Of a stretch of DNA of 64,000 bases, positions 19,778 to 32,121 are shown piece by piece. This DNA is from Thermoplasmatales archaeon (GTDB taxonomy: Archaea > Thermoplasmatota > Thermoplasmata > Thermoplasmatales > Thermoplasmataceae): contig DAIDBH010000018.1 in assembly GCA_027310185.1 (NCBI GenBank), positions 32,001-96,000 on the forward strand, written 5' to 3'. The translations under genes and the position numbers were made by a program. The notes below the pieces were generated by a model that was given only the letters and a program-made list of their open reading frames with translations, ran no database searches and was not told the origin of the DNA. Positions within the stretch are counted from its first letter, which is position 1, and every line of letters begins with the position of its first letter.

Positions 19778-19845
19778 GAATTGTATGTTAATAGATTCTA
19801 CATAAAAACCATAAAATTATTTACTGTCTATTCAAATATAATGAT

Positions 19846-21471
19846 ATGCACAGAAAATATGGGTCTGATGGAGTATATCTACAGCATGAAAATTACAATA
19901 TAGAAAAAAGTGGGAAGGGATCGAGAATAATTTATGAAATGAAGCCTGAAAATAATTGCAGGCTTGAAATTCACATTCCCCTCATTAATATTCAATTTTC
20001 ATGGTTCAGCACTTCTGGGAGGAGCAATGGGCTTGAACCAGACTGGAATGGCCAGGTGAAAATAAGGCCTAACATAAACATTCCAATCATTTCATTCTAC
20101 AGCCTGAAAGGATTCAATACATGCACCATTGCATTTTCAGATTGCCTGAACCCCATGGATCTCTCCTACGGAGTAAGCGAGGAGGACAAGGAAATTATAC
20201 TGAAAGTAAAGAGAAGATCACTTGCTTCATTCAACATCATGGTTGACACAGGCAGTGAATATGTGGATGAAGCACTCCTCTCTGCCTCCACATGGATCAA
20301 TTCATACTACAAGAGTCACGAAATTCCAAGGGGAGCAGAATGTATTGTTTATTCTACATGGTATTCAATGCACCAGGATGTGGATCAGGAGGTTGTTGAA
20401 GAAGAGGCCAGAATTGCAAGGGATTTGGGATTTGAATCAATATTCCTTGATGATGGATGGCAGACATCGGATAACAGGAGAGGTTATAGATTCACAGGTG
20501 ACTGGGAATTTGAAAAAACAAAATTTCCAGATCCTTCTGGGCATGTAAGAAGGATACATGAAATGGGCCTCAATTATGTTATCTGGATAGCACTTCCCTT
20601 CATTGGCATGGAATCGAGGGCATTCAGCAAATTCAGTTCCAGGCTTCTAAGGATAAATGAAGGATGGGGAACTGGAATTGTAAATCCTGCGGAAGAGGAA
20701 ACAACAGAATATGTAAAGGGAAGGGTAAGATATCTTTCTGAACTTGGATTTGATGGGCTGAAGGTTGATTTTATAGACTCTATAATTGACCCGGAGGACA
20801 GGGATGAAGTTTACACAAATATACCGGAATTCATTGAAAGAACATTGAGTCCCGCAAGAGGAAAACTCATAGAATTCAGACAGAGATATGTTTCTCCATT
20901 AATGCTTCAGCATGCGAACATGATCAGATCTTCGGACTGTCCGGGAGATCATGTTGAAAACAGGATCAGATCACTTAGCACAAGGATAATATCAGGAACT
21001 GTTCCGGTGCACAGTGATCCACTGATGTGGAGTAATGAAGACTCCATAGAAAACATTGCATTTGCCTTCGTGAATGTGTTGTTCACTGTACCGCAGATAT
21101 CAGTGATGTTGAAGGAACAGAAGAGTGAAAATCTGGTACTGCTGAATAAGTGGATATCTTTCTGGAAGGAGCACAGGTCAACACTTCTTCATGGTATAAT
21201 CAGCATAAGGCATATGGAATTGAACTATGCGGTAGTCACATCCTCTGGAAAAGGTGAAAGAATCACAGTATGTTATTCACCGGTGCAACTCACTTCTGAT
21301 GGAACAAAGGAGATCATCATCAATGCCTCTGGAAGTGATATTATCATTGAATGCCATAAGGAATGCGAATACGTAATTAGGGACTGTAATTTTGATGTCG
21401 TAAGAAGCGGAAAACTTTCCAATGGTATCAATAAGGTTTCATCACCATTCTGTGGTCAGATTTACATGTAA
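19846..21471 (+). CDS. Glycoside hydrolase family 36 (alpha-galactosidase-like)
   Basis: YSTWYS.H, IFLDDGWQ, GDW....KFP, FDGLKVDF (nucleophile), R..DCP (acid/base). Confidence 0.85.
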   Translation: MHRKYGSDGVYLQHENYNIEKSGKGSRIIYEMKPENNCRLEIHIPLINIQFSWFSTSGRSNGLEPDWNGQVKIRPNINIPIISFYSLKGFNTCTIAFSDCLNPMDLSYGVSEEDKEIILKVKRRSLASFNIMVDTGSEYVDEALLSASTWINSYYKSHEIPRGAECIVYSTWYSMHQDVDQEVVEEEARIARDLGFESIFLDDGWQTSDNRRGYRFTGDWEFEKTKFPDPSGHVRRIHEMGLNYVIWIALPFIGMESRAFSKFSSRLLRINEGWGTGIVNPAEEETTEYVKGRVRYLSELGFDGLKVDFIDSIIDPEDRDEVYTNIPEFIERTLSPARGKLIEFRQRYVSPLMLQHANMIRSSDCPGDHVENRIRSLSTRIISGTVPVHSDPLMWSNEDSIENIAFAFVNVLFTVPQISVMLKEQKSENLVLLNKWISFWKEHRSTLLHGIISIRHMELNYAVVTSSGKGERITVCYSPVQLTSDGTKEIIINASGSDIIIECHKECEYVIRDCNFDVVRSGKLSNGINKVSSPFCGQIYM

Positions 21472-21775
21472 CTCAGCTTTTATTTCCATTGTGATATTGC
21501 ATTTATTTTAAGCACATTAAGTTAATTAAAAAAGATGGGGAGTTCTGTAACTTATTTCATAGATATTTCATGGACTCAGTACTCATTCAAGTTCGTACAT
21601 TTTATAAGGTTATAAACTATACTATTCATCACTTTATGCCTTTTTATCGAAAGCTCAAATTACTATACTGTGAGGGTCCAGTTAAAGTAGAAGTATACAG
21701 AAATGAAATTAAGCTTGTCTAGCAAAAGCTTACGGCTCATTCAAGAATCAGAAAGAATAATCTAGGGGTAAATTG

Positions 21776-23950
<2,175 letters not shown>

Positions 23951-24694
23951 TTATATTCAACTCCAGATTGTTTTTTAATATTGATTTATTATTACATAAT
24001 AATAAGTATAATCTATTTAAACATTATCAACAGACTTCCATGTTTATCTACATCCCTACCTGGAGGATGCACAAGAAGATATTGCTCACTTATTTTTCTT
24101 TCCTTTCTCATTATTTATCTCAATGGCCCCTATAATAACTGTTCTCAGCTTTTCCTTTACAACAGCTTCATTCTGAAAACAATCAACCGCTACCACAGAC
24201 CGTAATCCTGAATACCTGAGGGTGAAGGTTAAGGACATATATTCTGCTTACGTGAATTCTGCAATTGTGATTGTTTCCATGATATTAGCAGTGAACCCGC
24301 CCATTGCAACAATATGGCCGTACAATGAGGGCAGGCTCCATAGGCAGTTATTTCGTTGATCTGTTCCTTTACTATTCTATTCCAATATCCTTCATTGAGT
24401 CACTGATATCAGTACTTTAGATGCTTACATGGTCTTCACTTCGCAGGAGATATGCCGGAATAGATTCATCAGGTGGAATTGGAAACATATTGGTAAAGCT
24501 TCCTGCACTTTCTTTCTTCTGTTGCATTTCAAGATCAATATTAAGGATCTATTTTCTCTCACAATAGTCTAAATCATTATAATTGCCATTTTATTCCTTA
24601 TATTATACTTGATAACAATCAAGAAAATTTCAAACAGCAGATTGATTATACGAAAACCAGTGAAAAAAAATTCATTTTATATGAAAGCGTGGGC

Positions 24695-25054
24695 CTACTG
24701 ACCCACACTTTCTACCTTGTGGAATTTCTTCTCAGAGAATTTCCTGAAGTTTCTGAGTCCCTTTGAGAAATCCAGTGCACTGGGTTTCAGATAGAGGTCT
24801 ATATATTCCACAATGTCCATTTCATTATCCCTTGCTTCCTCTGAGATCTTTGCAACAAGGTATGGAACAACATTCTTTGCCTCCCAAATGGACAGATCAT
24901 ATTTCCTGAAAACTTCAAAGATGTCCTCAGAAATTTCGTCCATCTGGATCATTGTATCCCTTGTTACAACATCCCTTGTGTAGGTGGACTTACTCTCGCT
25001 GGCCAAACCATTCTCACCTTTTTCGGTTTCCTTTATCTCCTTTACTTCTGCCAT
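24695..25054 (-). CDS. Hypothetical protein
   Basis: 119-aa ORF with a perfect GGAGGTGA Shine-Dalgarno 4 nt upstream. Confidence 0.8.
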   Translation of the reverse strand: MAEVKEIKETEKGENGLASESKSTYTRDVVTRDTMIQMDEISEDIFEVFRKYDLSIWEAKNVVPYLVAKISEEARDNEMDIVEYIDLYLKPSALDFSKGLRNFRKFSEKKFHKVESVGQ

Positions 25055-25237
25055 TTTGTCACCTCCTTTGAGGCAATATAGTAATTTTAAACTTCTATAA
25101 AAACTTATCGCAATTTCGACTTATAATTAATATAATTTTGCTGTTAATTTTTACATTTTACATCCAGTAAAGGCAGGAATGGCAAACACTGAACAATGAA
25201 ACTGATATTGGGTGAATGTTCTCCAAGATCAAGTGTT

Positions 25238-26317
25238 TTAAGATATCTCTAAGAGATCCTTTGGAGGCTTCTGTGTGAGAAGTTCAAAACCATCCTTTTT
25301 TACCAGAACATCATCCTCTATCCTCACACCGCCATATTCCGGGATATATATTCCAGGTTCAACTGTAACAGCCATGTCTTTTTTCAGGCTAAAATCATAA
25401 CCACCAAAGGCTGGATGATCGTGAACCTCCAGACCTATACCATGTCCAACTCCATGCATCAGCCTGCCCTTATATGGAGAGCTGTCTATGATCTCATAGG
25501 ATTTTGCATTGACATCCCTTCCATTCACGCCTTCCCTTATCATCTTCATGCTTGATTGCTGTGCATCATACACTATGCTGTATATTTCCTTCTGTTTTTC
25601 TGTGGCCCTGCCAAATACTGAAGTTCTTGTCGTATCTGCGTGATATCTTTCAAAGGCAGCTCCATAATCAGTAAGGACAAAATCACCGGGCTTCAGCTTT
25701 CTCTTCCCTGGAGAATGGTGTGGTTCCGATGCATTTGGGCCAAAACATACTATGGTGCTGAAAGATGGCTCCGACGCTCCATTTGACATCATCCTGTATA
25801 CCATATACGCAGCCATTTCTGTCTCTGTCATGCCTTCTTTCAGTTGATCCATCGATGATTCATAGATCTCACTGCTTATCTTTGCCGCTTCCCTTAATTT
25901 TTTTATTTCAGTTTCATCCTTTATCATTCTCGCATCTGCAATGTTCTTTGACACATCCACAAGCTCAGCTTTTCCAGTGAGCTTCTTTACGTTATCAAAC
26001 ATATTTACCGTAAGTGAATCCTTGTTAACACCTATTCTTGACTGGCCTTCAAGCTCCTTTTCAATCATCTCATTCATCTGTGCAGAGGATGATGCAACAT
26101 ACACTTCATGGCCTGTTGATCTGGCTGTCTGTTCTTCCAACTGGTATACAAACATCTTAACCCTGTCCCTGTCTGCAACTATTGCCGAACCCTCAAAAAG
26201 TCCGCCATTTACCTGTGAAAGATAGAAAAAAGACTTGTCAATGGCATTTTCTCCACCATTCCTTATAAGGATCTTTTCAACACCATCAAGATTCCTGAAA
26301 ATATCTTTTACTGTCAT
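25238..26317 (-). CDS. pepQ: Xaa-Pro peptidase (M24B, prolidase)
   Basis: RMIKD..EI, PHH, D.G....Y.AD.TRT, HGVGHGIGLEVHD, TVEPGIY....GGVRIEDD. Confidence 0.92.
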   Translation of the reverse strand: MTVKDIFRNLDGVEKILIRNGGENAIDKSFFYLSQVNGGLFEGSAIVADRDRVKMFVYQLEEQTARSTGHEVYVASSSAQMNEMIEKELEGQSRIGVNKDSLTVNMFDNVKKLTGKAELVDVSKNIADARMIKDETEIKKLREAAKISSEIYESSMDQLKEGMTETEMAAYMVYRMMSNGASEPSFSTIVCFGPNASEPHHSPGKRKLKPGDFVLTDYGAAFERYHADTTRTSVFGRATEKQKEIYSIVYDAQQSSMKMIREGVNGRDVNAKSYEIIDSSPYKGRLMHGVGHGIGLEVHDHPAFGGYDFSLKKDMAVTVEPGIYIPEYGGVRIEDDVLVKKDGFELLTQKPPKDLLEIS

Positions 26318-26433
26318 AAGGTTGAATACTTCTCTATCTAATTTGCTTTCTCGTCATTTAATAGCGAAGGTCAATGATATACTATCTGGGCAAATGTTTT
26401 TATACACTTATATGGTATTTCAACAGGTATTGA

Positions 26434-28311
26434 ATGAGATTATATTCTGGAATGATCGATAAATTCATTGAAGACACTGTAACAAACCAAATAACTGACA
26501 AATTAAAGAAGGCTTTCTTTGATCAGTTAGGTTATAATCCAACCAATAGCGAAATCTCAGCCTGGCAGAACTCCCTAAGGGCAATTTCAGAAATTCTTCA
26601 ATATTCACATTTCCAAGATCAAGGAATAATTCTGGAATATCAGATGCCAAACAACTCAAAAAGGTTGGACTTCCTAATATGTGGAAACAACAATGAAATG
26701 AAGGAAAAAGCAGTAATTATTGAACTCAAACAGTGGGAAAAAACTATGGAATCGGACGGGGAAAATGAAGTTAGAACATTCATAGGCCAGGGCATAAGGG
26801 AAAAACTTCACCCCTCAATACAAGCTGGCCAATATAAACAATATTTGGAGGATTCCGGGACAGTTTTTTACGAAGGTAAAAACCCAGTAATTCTTGATGC
26901 CTGTGCATATCTCCACAATTATAGCAGAAACGTGGATGATCCTATTTTTTCCACAAAGTTTCAAAACGTTCTCTCTAAATATCCTACGTTTACCAAAGAC
27001 GAAACAGGAAAACTGATAGGATTCATCGGAGCAAGAGTCAATGCAGGAGGTGGCCTTAAAGTTTTAAAAAAAATTGAAGAAAGCTCAAGCCGTCCCAGCA
27101 AAAAATTGATGAATTATGTTTCTAAGGTAATCAACGGAGAACCACAATACACATTATTAGATGAACAGTTAATCGTGTATGATAAAATCCTTTCAGCAGT
27201 TAAGAATGGTATTAAGGATGAAAAGAAAAAGGTAATAATAGTGGAAGGAGGTCCAGGCACGGGAAAATCAGTAATAGCAATAAATGTAATGGCTAAATTA
27301 TCAAATGAAGGTTATATTGTGAATTATGCCACAGGATCAAAGGCATTCACAAAAACATTACGAACCATTCTTGGAAAGAGGATCGAACCATTATTAAAGT
27401 TTTTTAACAGTTATGAATCTGAAAAAAACAACTCAGTCGATGTAATCTTAGCTGATGAAGCGCACAGGCTCTGGCATTTAAACAGAAGCCGGTTCACTCC
27501 AAAAACTAAAAGGAGCAATATACCTATCATCGATAATATAATAAGGGCATCCAGAACTTCAGTATTTTTTATTGACAACATGCAAATCATAAGGCCAAAT
27601 GAAGTAGGAACGGTTAAGTATGTAGAAGAAAATGCAAGGAGAAACCAATGTGATGTTGAATACTATAAGCTTGAAGCACAATTTAGATGTAAGGGCTCAG
27701 ATGCATTTATTAACTGGATAAATAACACGTTGAGAATTGAAAGAACTGCAAACTATATGTGGACTGGTGAAGAGAATTTTGATTTTCGGATTTGTAATAG
27801 CCCCCTGGAAGTGGAAAATCTAATAAAAATGAAGATCGAATCTGGAAAATCCGGAAGACTAACAGCTGGATTCTGCTGGGATTGGTCCGATCCAAATGAA
27901 GATGGGACCTTAAAGGATGATGTTCAGATAGGGGGATATAAGAGACCATGGAATGCCAAAAAAGGTATCAAAAAGCAAGCAGGAACGATTCCAGAGTCTG
28001 ACTTATGGGCTCATATGCAAGAGGGATTTGGTCAGATTGGATGTGTCTATACCGTCCAGGGGTTTGAGTTTGATTATATTGGGGTGATATTTGGTCTAGA
28101 TCTCAAATATAATCTAGATAAGCAGAAATGGGAGGGCCACCCGGAAAATTCTCATGATAAATCTATAAGAAAGAAAAAGAATTTTGAGGAATATGCAAAA
28201 AACATCTACAGAATCTTACTTTCGAGAGGAGTGGAAGGCTGTTATGTGTATTTTCAGGACAAGGACACGGAGAGATTTTTTAAAACCAGAATGGAGAATG
28301 TTGATGCCTAA
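26434..28311 (+). CDS. DUF2075 (Schlafen group 3-type) helicase with N-terminal PD-(D/E)XK-like nuclease domain
   Basis: N-terminal LEY....KRLD...IIELKQW and HP..Q...Y; Walker A GGPGTGKS; Walker B ILADEAH; QFRC; GCVYTVQGFEFDYIGV; NIYRILLSRG. Confidence 0.88.
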   Translation: MRLYSGMIDKFIEDTVTNQITDKLKKAFFDQLGYNPTNSEISAWQNSLRAISEILQYSHFQDQGIILEYQMPNNSKRLDFLICGNNNEMKEKAVIIELKQWEKTMESDGENEVRTFIGQGIREKLHPSIQAGQYKQYLEDSGTVFYEGKNPVILDACAYLHNYSRNVDDPIFSTKFQNVLSKYPTFTKDETGKLIGFIGARVNAGGGLKVLKKIEESSSRPSKKLMNYVSKVINGEPQYTLLDEQLIVYDKILSAVKNGIKDEKKKVIIVEGGPGTGKSVIAINVMAKLSNEGYIVNYATGSKAFTKTLRTILGKRIEPLLKFFNSYESEKNNSVDVILADEAHRLWHLNRSRFTPKTKRSNIPIIDNIIRASRTSVFFIDNMQIIRPNEVGTVKYVEENARRNQCDVEYYKLEAQFRCKGSDAFINWINNTLRIERTANYMWTGEENFDFRICNSPLEVENLIKMKIESGKSGRLTAGFCWDWSDPNEDGTLKDDVQIGGYKRPWNAKKGIKKQAGTIPESDLWAHMQEGFGQIGCVYTVQGFEFDYIGVIFGLDLKYNLDKQKWEGHPENSHDKSIRKKKNFEEYAKNIYRILLSRGVEGCYVYFQDKDTERFFKTRMENVDA

Positions 28312-28382
28312 CAATAGATTTGACAAATAGGGACAATCTCATTTTTGAGTAAAGCTAATTTATTGTTAAATGATGTTTCCCG

Positions 28383-28745
28383 ATGGATGAAAACACAACG
28401 GTCAATAACCTGAAGGCTATGGTAAAAGCTTTCGTAGAGGAAAGGGACTGGGATCAGTTCCATAACGCCAAGGATCTTGCAATTGGTGTTTCCACCGAGG
28501 CAGGGGAACTTCTTGACATTTTTAGGTTCAAGTCCAAGGAAGACATGGATGAAATGCTGTCATCAGATGAGAAGAGACAGGAAATAGGTGATGAACTGGC
28601 AGACGTGCTTTACTTCATACTCAGATTTTCTGACAAGTTCAATTTTGATCTTTCAGACGAATTGAGCAGAAAGATGCTTTTAAACGCCAGGAAATATCCT
28701 GCTGAAAAGTCAAAGGGGAGCAACAGGAAATACAATGAAATTTAG
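28383..28745 (+). CDS. MazG-like nucleotide pyrophosphohydrolase (DCTPP1/RS21-C6 type)
   Basis: F..ERDW.QFH..KDLA....TEAGELL.IF, DELADV, K...N..KYP. Confidence 0.93.
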   Translation: MDENTTVNNLKAMVKAFVEERDWDQFHNAKDLAIGVSTEAGELLDIFRFKSKEDMDEMLSSDEKRQEIGDELADVLYFILRFSDKFNFDLSDELSRKMLLNARKYPAEKSKGSNRKYNEI

Positions 28746-28790
28746 AAGATAACTTCACTTACAAAAATGACTTTTTTCTTTATTCAAATC

Positions 28791-29669
28791 CTATTTTTTG
28801 GAGTCATCGTAATAAAAGGTCTCAACTCCCTTTATTCCTGTATCAACCCTGAATATTGAACCTCCGAGGTCATTTGGATCCCTGGGCTGGTTATCGGTGA
28901 GTTTTGCTGAACTTACAAAAAGTTCAGTCATGTTCTTTCCACCGAATACACATGATGTCACATTTGTTGCTGGAAAAATAATCTCGTTCAGTTTCTTTCC
29001 ATTGGAAGGATTCCATCTTGATATCCGGTGGCCTCCCCAGTGGGCAACCCATATCCTCCCCTCAGCATCTATGTTCATACCATCTGGAAATCCAACTTCC
29101 GTGCTGAAATCCACTGCTATCTTTTCATTGGTAAGCTCACATTTTTCATTGTATGTGAAGGATCTGACTTTCCTTGTTGGGGTATCAATGTGGTAAAATG
29201 TCATACTATTTGTATCCCATGCAAGTCCATTTGAAATTGTCTGCCCTCCAAGAACCTTTCTTAACTCTCCTGATTTCGTGTAAACATAGAGTGAAGCCAC
29301 AGGCTCCTTCTCGTTCATGTCCATTGTTCCTGCCCAGTAATTGCCATAGGGATCAACCTTCCCATCGTTGAACCTGTTATTCTCAAGTGAAGTTTCAGTT
29401 TCCGCAAGTACTTTCTCCTTGCCAGTTGAAGTATCAATCGATGTAAATCTATGCCCAATGGTGGCATACATTTTTCCAGATATTGACGGAACAAGAGAAG
29501 ATACCATTCCATCAGTCTTCACAGTCTCTATCCTTCCGCTTGAAAGTTCATAGGATCTGAAAAGATGTCCCTTAATATCAACCCAGTAAACCCTGTTGTT
29601 CCTCTTATCCCAGGTAGGGCCTTCACCAAGAATCTCTGTTTGTTTTGAAATAATCTCTATATTGTCCAT
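28791..29669 (-). CDS. SMP-30/gluconolactonase/LRE family protein
   Basis: LGEGP.WD, NRFNDGKVDP.G, ISNGLAW, GFPDGM.ID.EG..WVA.W. Confidence 0.92.
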   Translation of the reverse strand: MDNIEIISKQTEILGEGPTWDKRNNRVYWVDIKGHLFRSYELSSGRIETVKTDGMVSSLVPSISGKMYATIGHRFTSIDTSTGKEKVLAETETSLENNRFNDGKVDPYGNYWAGTMDMNEKEPVASLYVYTKSGELRKVLGGQTISNGLAWDTNSMTFYHIDTPTRKVRSFTYNEKCELTNEKIAVDFSTEVGFPDGMNIDAEGRIWVAHWGGHRISRWNPSNGKKLNEIIFPATNVTSCVFGGKNMTELFVSSAKLTDNQPRDPNDLGGSIFRVDTGIKGVETFYYDDSKK

Positions 29670-30037
29670 AAAACCTTAGAACTTCAATCAATAAAACGTA
29701 TGCGCTTGAAATTAAAATCAAAAATTCATAATATCTTTTAGACACATTCAGTTTGTCAGTAGCCGGTTGAATTTTTAAAACTGATGTTATGGTTTACACA
29801 TCTGCATAACCATAGTACTCACAATAGTATGTTTTATTATATGCAGAAGTAGTATACAATTTGAAAATATAGAGATCTTTTAGTGAAGATCAAATACTAT
29901 CGCTTTGAAGTTTTTAACACTCTTGGAGCATCCAGATTCTTTTTTCAAAATTTGAAATCCTGTGTCTAACCAACTTTCAACTTTTAACAAGATTAAGAAT
30001 ATTAAAGGAAATGTATAAAGTAGTCCTCAATTAACAA

Positions 30038-30925
30038 TCATGTTGTATTATCTCCGCTCCATGACGGACCCTGAACACCACTTGCAGCCTTTTCCACAAG
30101 TTCAATTTCTTCCGGTGTCATCTTCCATCCCATTGATCCTGCATTTTCCCTCACATGGTCAGGATTCGATGCTCTTGGAATGGGATAGACAAAGTCATAC
30201 TTACTGAAAAACCAGTTGAGAGCGATCTGTGGCATGGTCTTCCTTCCATGATTCTTCTCAATTTCACTCAAGACCTCTTTTCCCAGAGATGATTCAGAAG
30301 TTAGCATTCCGTGGGCAAGTGGATAATATGCAAGTATTGCAATTCCATTTTCTCTGCAATACGGAACCAGATCTTTTTCAATATTCCTGTGGGCAACATT
30401 GAAGTTCATCTGTGTTGACCTGATTTCATATTTCTTCATGAATGAAACCGCCTCCTTTGTCTGTTCAAGGTTGAAATTGCTTATTCCTATATGCCTGATC
30501 TTTCCTTCATCCTGAAGATGCTCCAATCCTCTCAAAGCCTCCTTTACCTTGTCAGAACTTGAATGCATGTGCAGCTGGTACAGATCTATGTAATCTGTTT
30601 CCAGTTTTCTCAGGCTTCTTTCACATGATTTTATAACACCGTCGTAGGAGTAATGAAGTGGGAAAACCTTGGTTGCTATGAATAATTCATCTCTCTTCTT
30701 CCCCTTTATAGCCTCTGCAACAAAGGGCTCTGTTTCATATATTTCTGCGGTGTCTATGAAATTAATTCCAGAATCTAATGCAGCTTTTATGGCATTGACC
30801 CTCCTTGCCTTTCCCGGCTTTATTCGCAATGTCTTTGCAAGACCTATCCACTTGAAATCGTAATATGTACCTACACCCATGGGTGTTATCATGGAGTCAG
30901 TGCTTCCAAACTTAACCTTTTCCAT
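30038..30925 (-). CDS. Aldo/keto reductase
   Basis: GINFIDTAEIY, IATK, SL.KL.TDYIDLYQLH, IGISNF, AYYPLAHG. Confidence 0.92.
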   Translation of the reverse strand: MEKVKFGSTDSMITPMGVGTYYDFKWIGLAKTLRIKPGKARRVNAIKAALDSGINFIDTAEIYETEPFVAEAIKGKKRDELFIATKVFPLHYSYDGVIKSCERSLRKLETDYIDLYQLHMHSSSDKVKEALRGLEHLQDEGKIRHIGISNFNLEQTKEAVSFMKKYEIRSTQMNFNVAHRNIEKDLVPYCRENGIAILAYYPLAHGMLTSESSLGKEVLSEIEKNHGRKTMPQIALNWFFSKYDFVYPIPRASNPDHVRENAGSMGWKMTPEEIELVEKAASGVQGPSWSGDNTT

Positions 30926-31005
30926 GGTTGGATGATCTGCATTGTACTTATAAAGGCTTTGAGTATTGATCTACCTTGATCTTACAGTGTAAAAAGAATA
31001 TGTTT

Positions 31006-31680
31006 TTACACATATGATAGAAGCCTGTCCCTGTTATCCCTGAGCCATTTTCTCCTTGCCCTCCAGTCAGGCATGAATTTTTCAACCTCCATCCAGAAAT
31101 TCTTTCCATGGGAGCTGATCTTTGTGTGAACTAGTTCGTGGATGATCACGTAATCAATCACATCCCTGGGTGCCATGGCAAGAATCAGGGTGAACCTCAG
31201 TTTCTCCCTGTTACTGCAGCTACCCCATTTCTGCGTGGCGCTTCCAACTGAAAATGAGGAATAGGTGCAATTCATGATACTGGAAAAATGAACCAGGCGT
31301 TCCTGCAGGTAGGCTTTCAGCTCATTTCTGTAATAGTTCCTGAACACTTGTCTTCCATTATCCCTGCAGTTTTCAGAAAGATGGAAAGTACCATCAAAGT
31401 GCAGGCATCTTCTCCCCTTCACAATTTGAATTTCATACTCATCCCCAAAGAGAGGACGTTTTTCACCGTCCTCAAATTTGGCACTCTTCTTCATCTGTGA
31501 AGCTCTGTCAAATTTCTCCTTGACCCTATCCATCCATTCCTTATTCTTATCAAGGAACGAATCGATCTGAGTTCTGGTTACATAGCTTGACACTCTCAGG
31601 GAGAAAGTACCATCCTTCCTGAGTCTCAGGACCATGTATTTCCTCCTCCTTCTAATCCGGATAATTTCAACATCCATCAT
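31006..31680 (-). CDS. YgjP/DUF45 (M48-like) zincin-fold protein
   Basis: KWGSC, L..AP..VIDYVIIHELVH...SH...FW..V....PD. Confidence 0.85.
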   Translation of the reverse strand: MMDVEIIRIRRRRKYMVLRLRKDGTFSLRVSSYVTRTQIDSFLDKNKEWMDRVKEKFDRASQMKKSAKFEDGEKRPLFGDEYEIQIVKGRRCLHFDGTFHLSENCRDNGRQVFRNYYRNELKAYLQERLVHFSSIMNCTYSSFSVGSATQKWGSCSNREKLRFTLILAMAPRDVIDYVIIHELVHTKISSHGKNFWMEVEKFMPDWRARRKWLRDNRDRLLSYV

Positions 31681-31770
31681 GATACATCTTCAGTTTCAGG
31701 TTTGATAAATTCTTGGTAAATATTGTTTTTCTCTATAGTATGACAATATTCAAATTTGAAGAGAATAGGC

Positions 31771-32121
31771 TTAGCTCTCCCTGAAAATCAACTTCATCAA
31801 TTCCGCATAAGTTGAATATGCTTCTCTTCCCCTATCGGTGATTGATACAGAGATGCCTGGACCCTTCCTCCTGAGAACAGTTTTTACTGATACCATACCA
31901 CTCTCCTCAAGTTTTTCCAGATGGTTGCTAAGGCTACCTTTCCCGCAGGAGGTTACTGCCATCAACTCCTTGAGGCTCATCTTACCATTGATTGCAAGTG
32001 ATAGCAGGATTATGAGCCTTGCAGTGGATTTCATAACGGGTTCCCTAAGATTCTCTCCCAGCCTCTCAAGGAGCTGTGATACCCTTTCATCACTCTCCCT
32101 ATCACCACTCAAATCAATCAA
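31771..32121 (-). CDS. Winged-helix transcription regulator
   Basis: RL.ILL.L, SL.EL......KGSLS.HL.KLE..G.V, ITD.GR.AY. Confidence 0.85.
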   Translation of the reverse strand: MIDLSGDRESDERVSQLLERLGENLREPVMKSTARLIILLSLAINGKMSLKELMAVTSCGKGSLSNHLEKLEESGMVSVKTVLRRKGPGISVSITDRGREAYSTYAELMKLIFRES

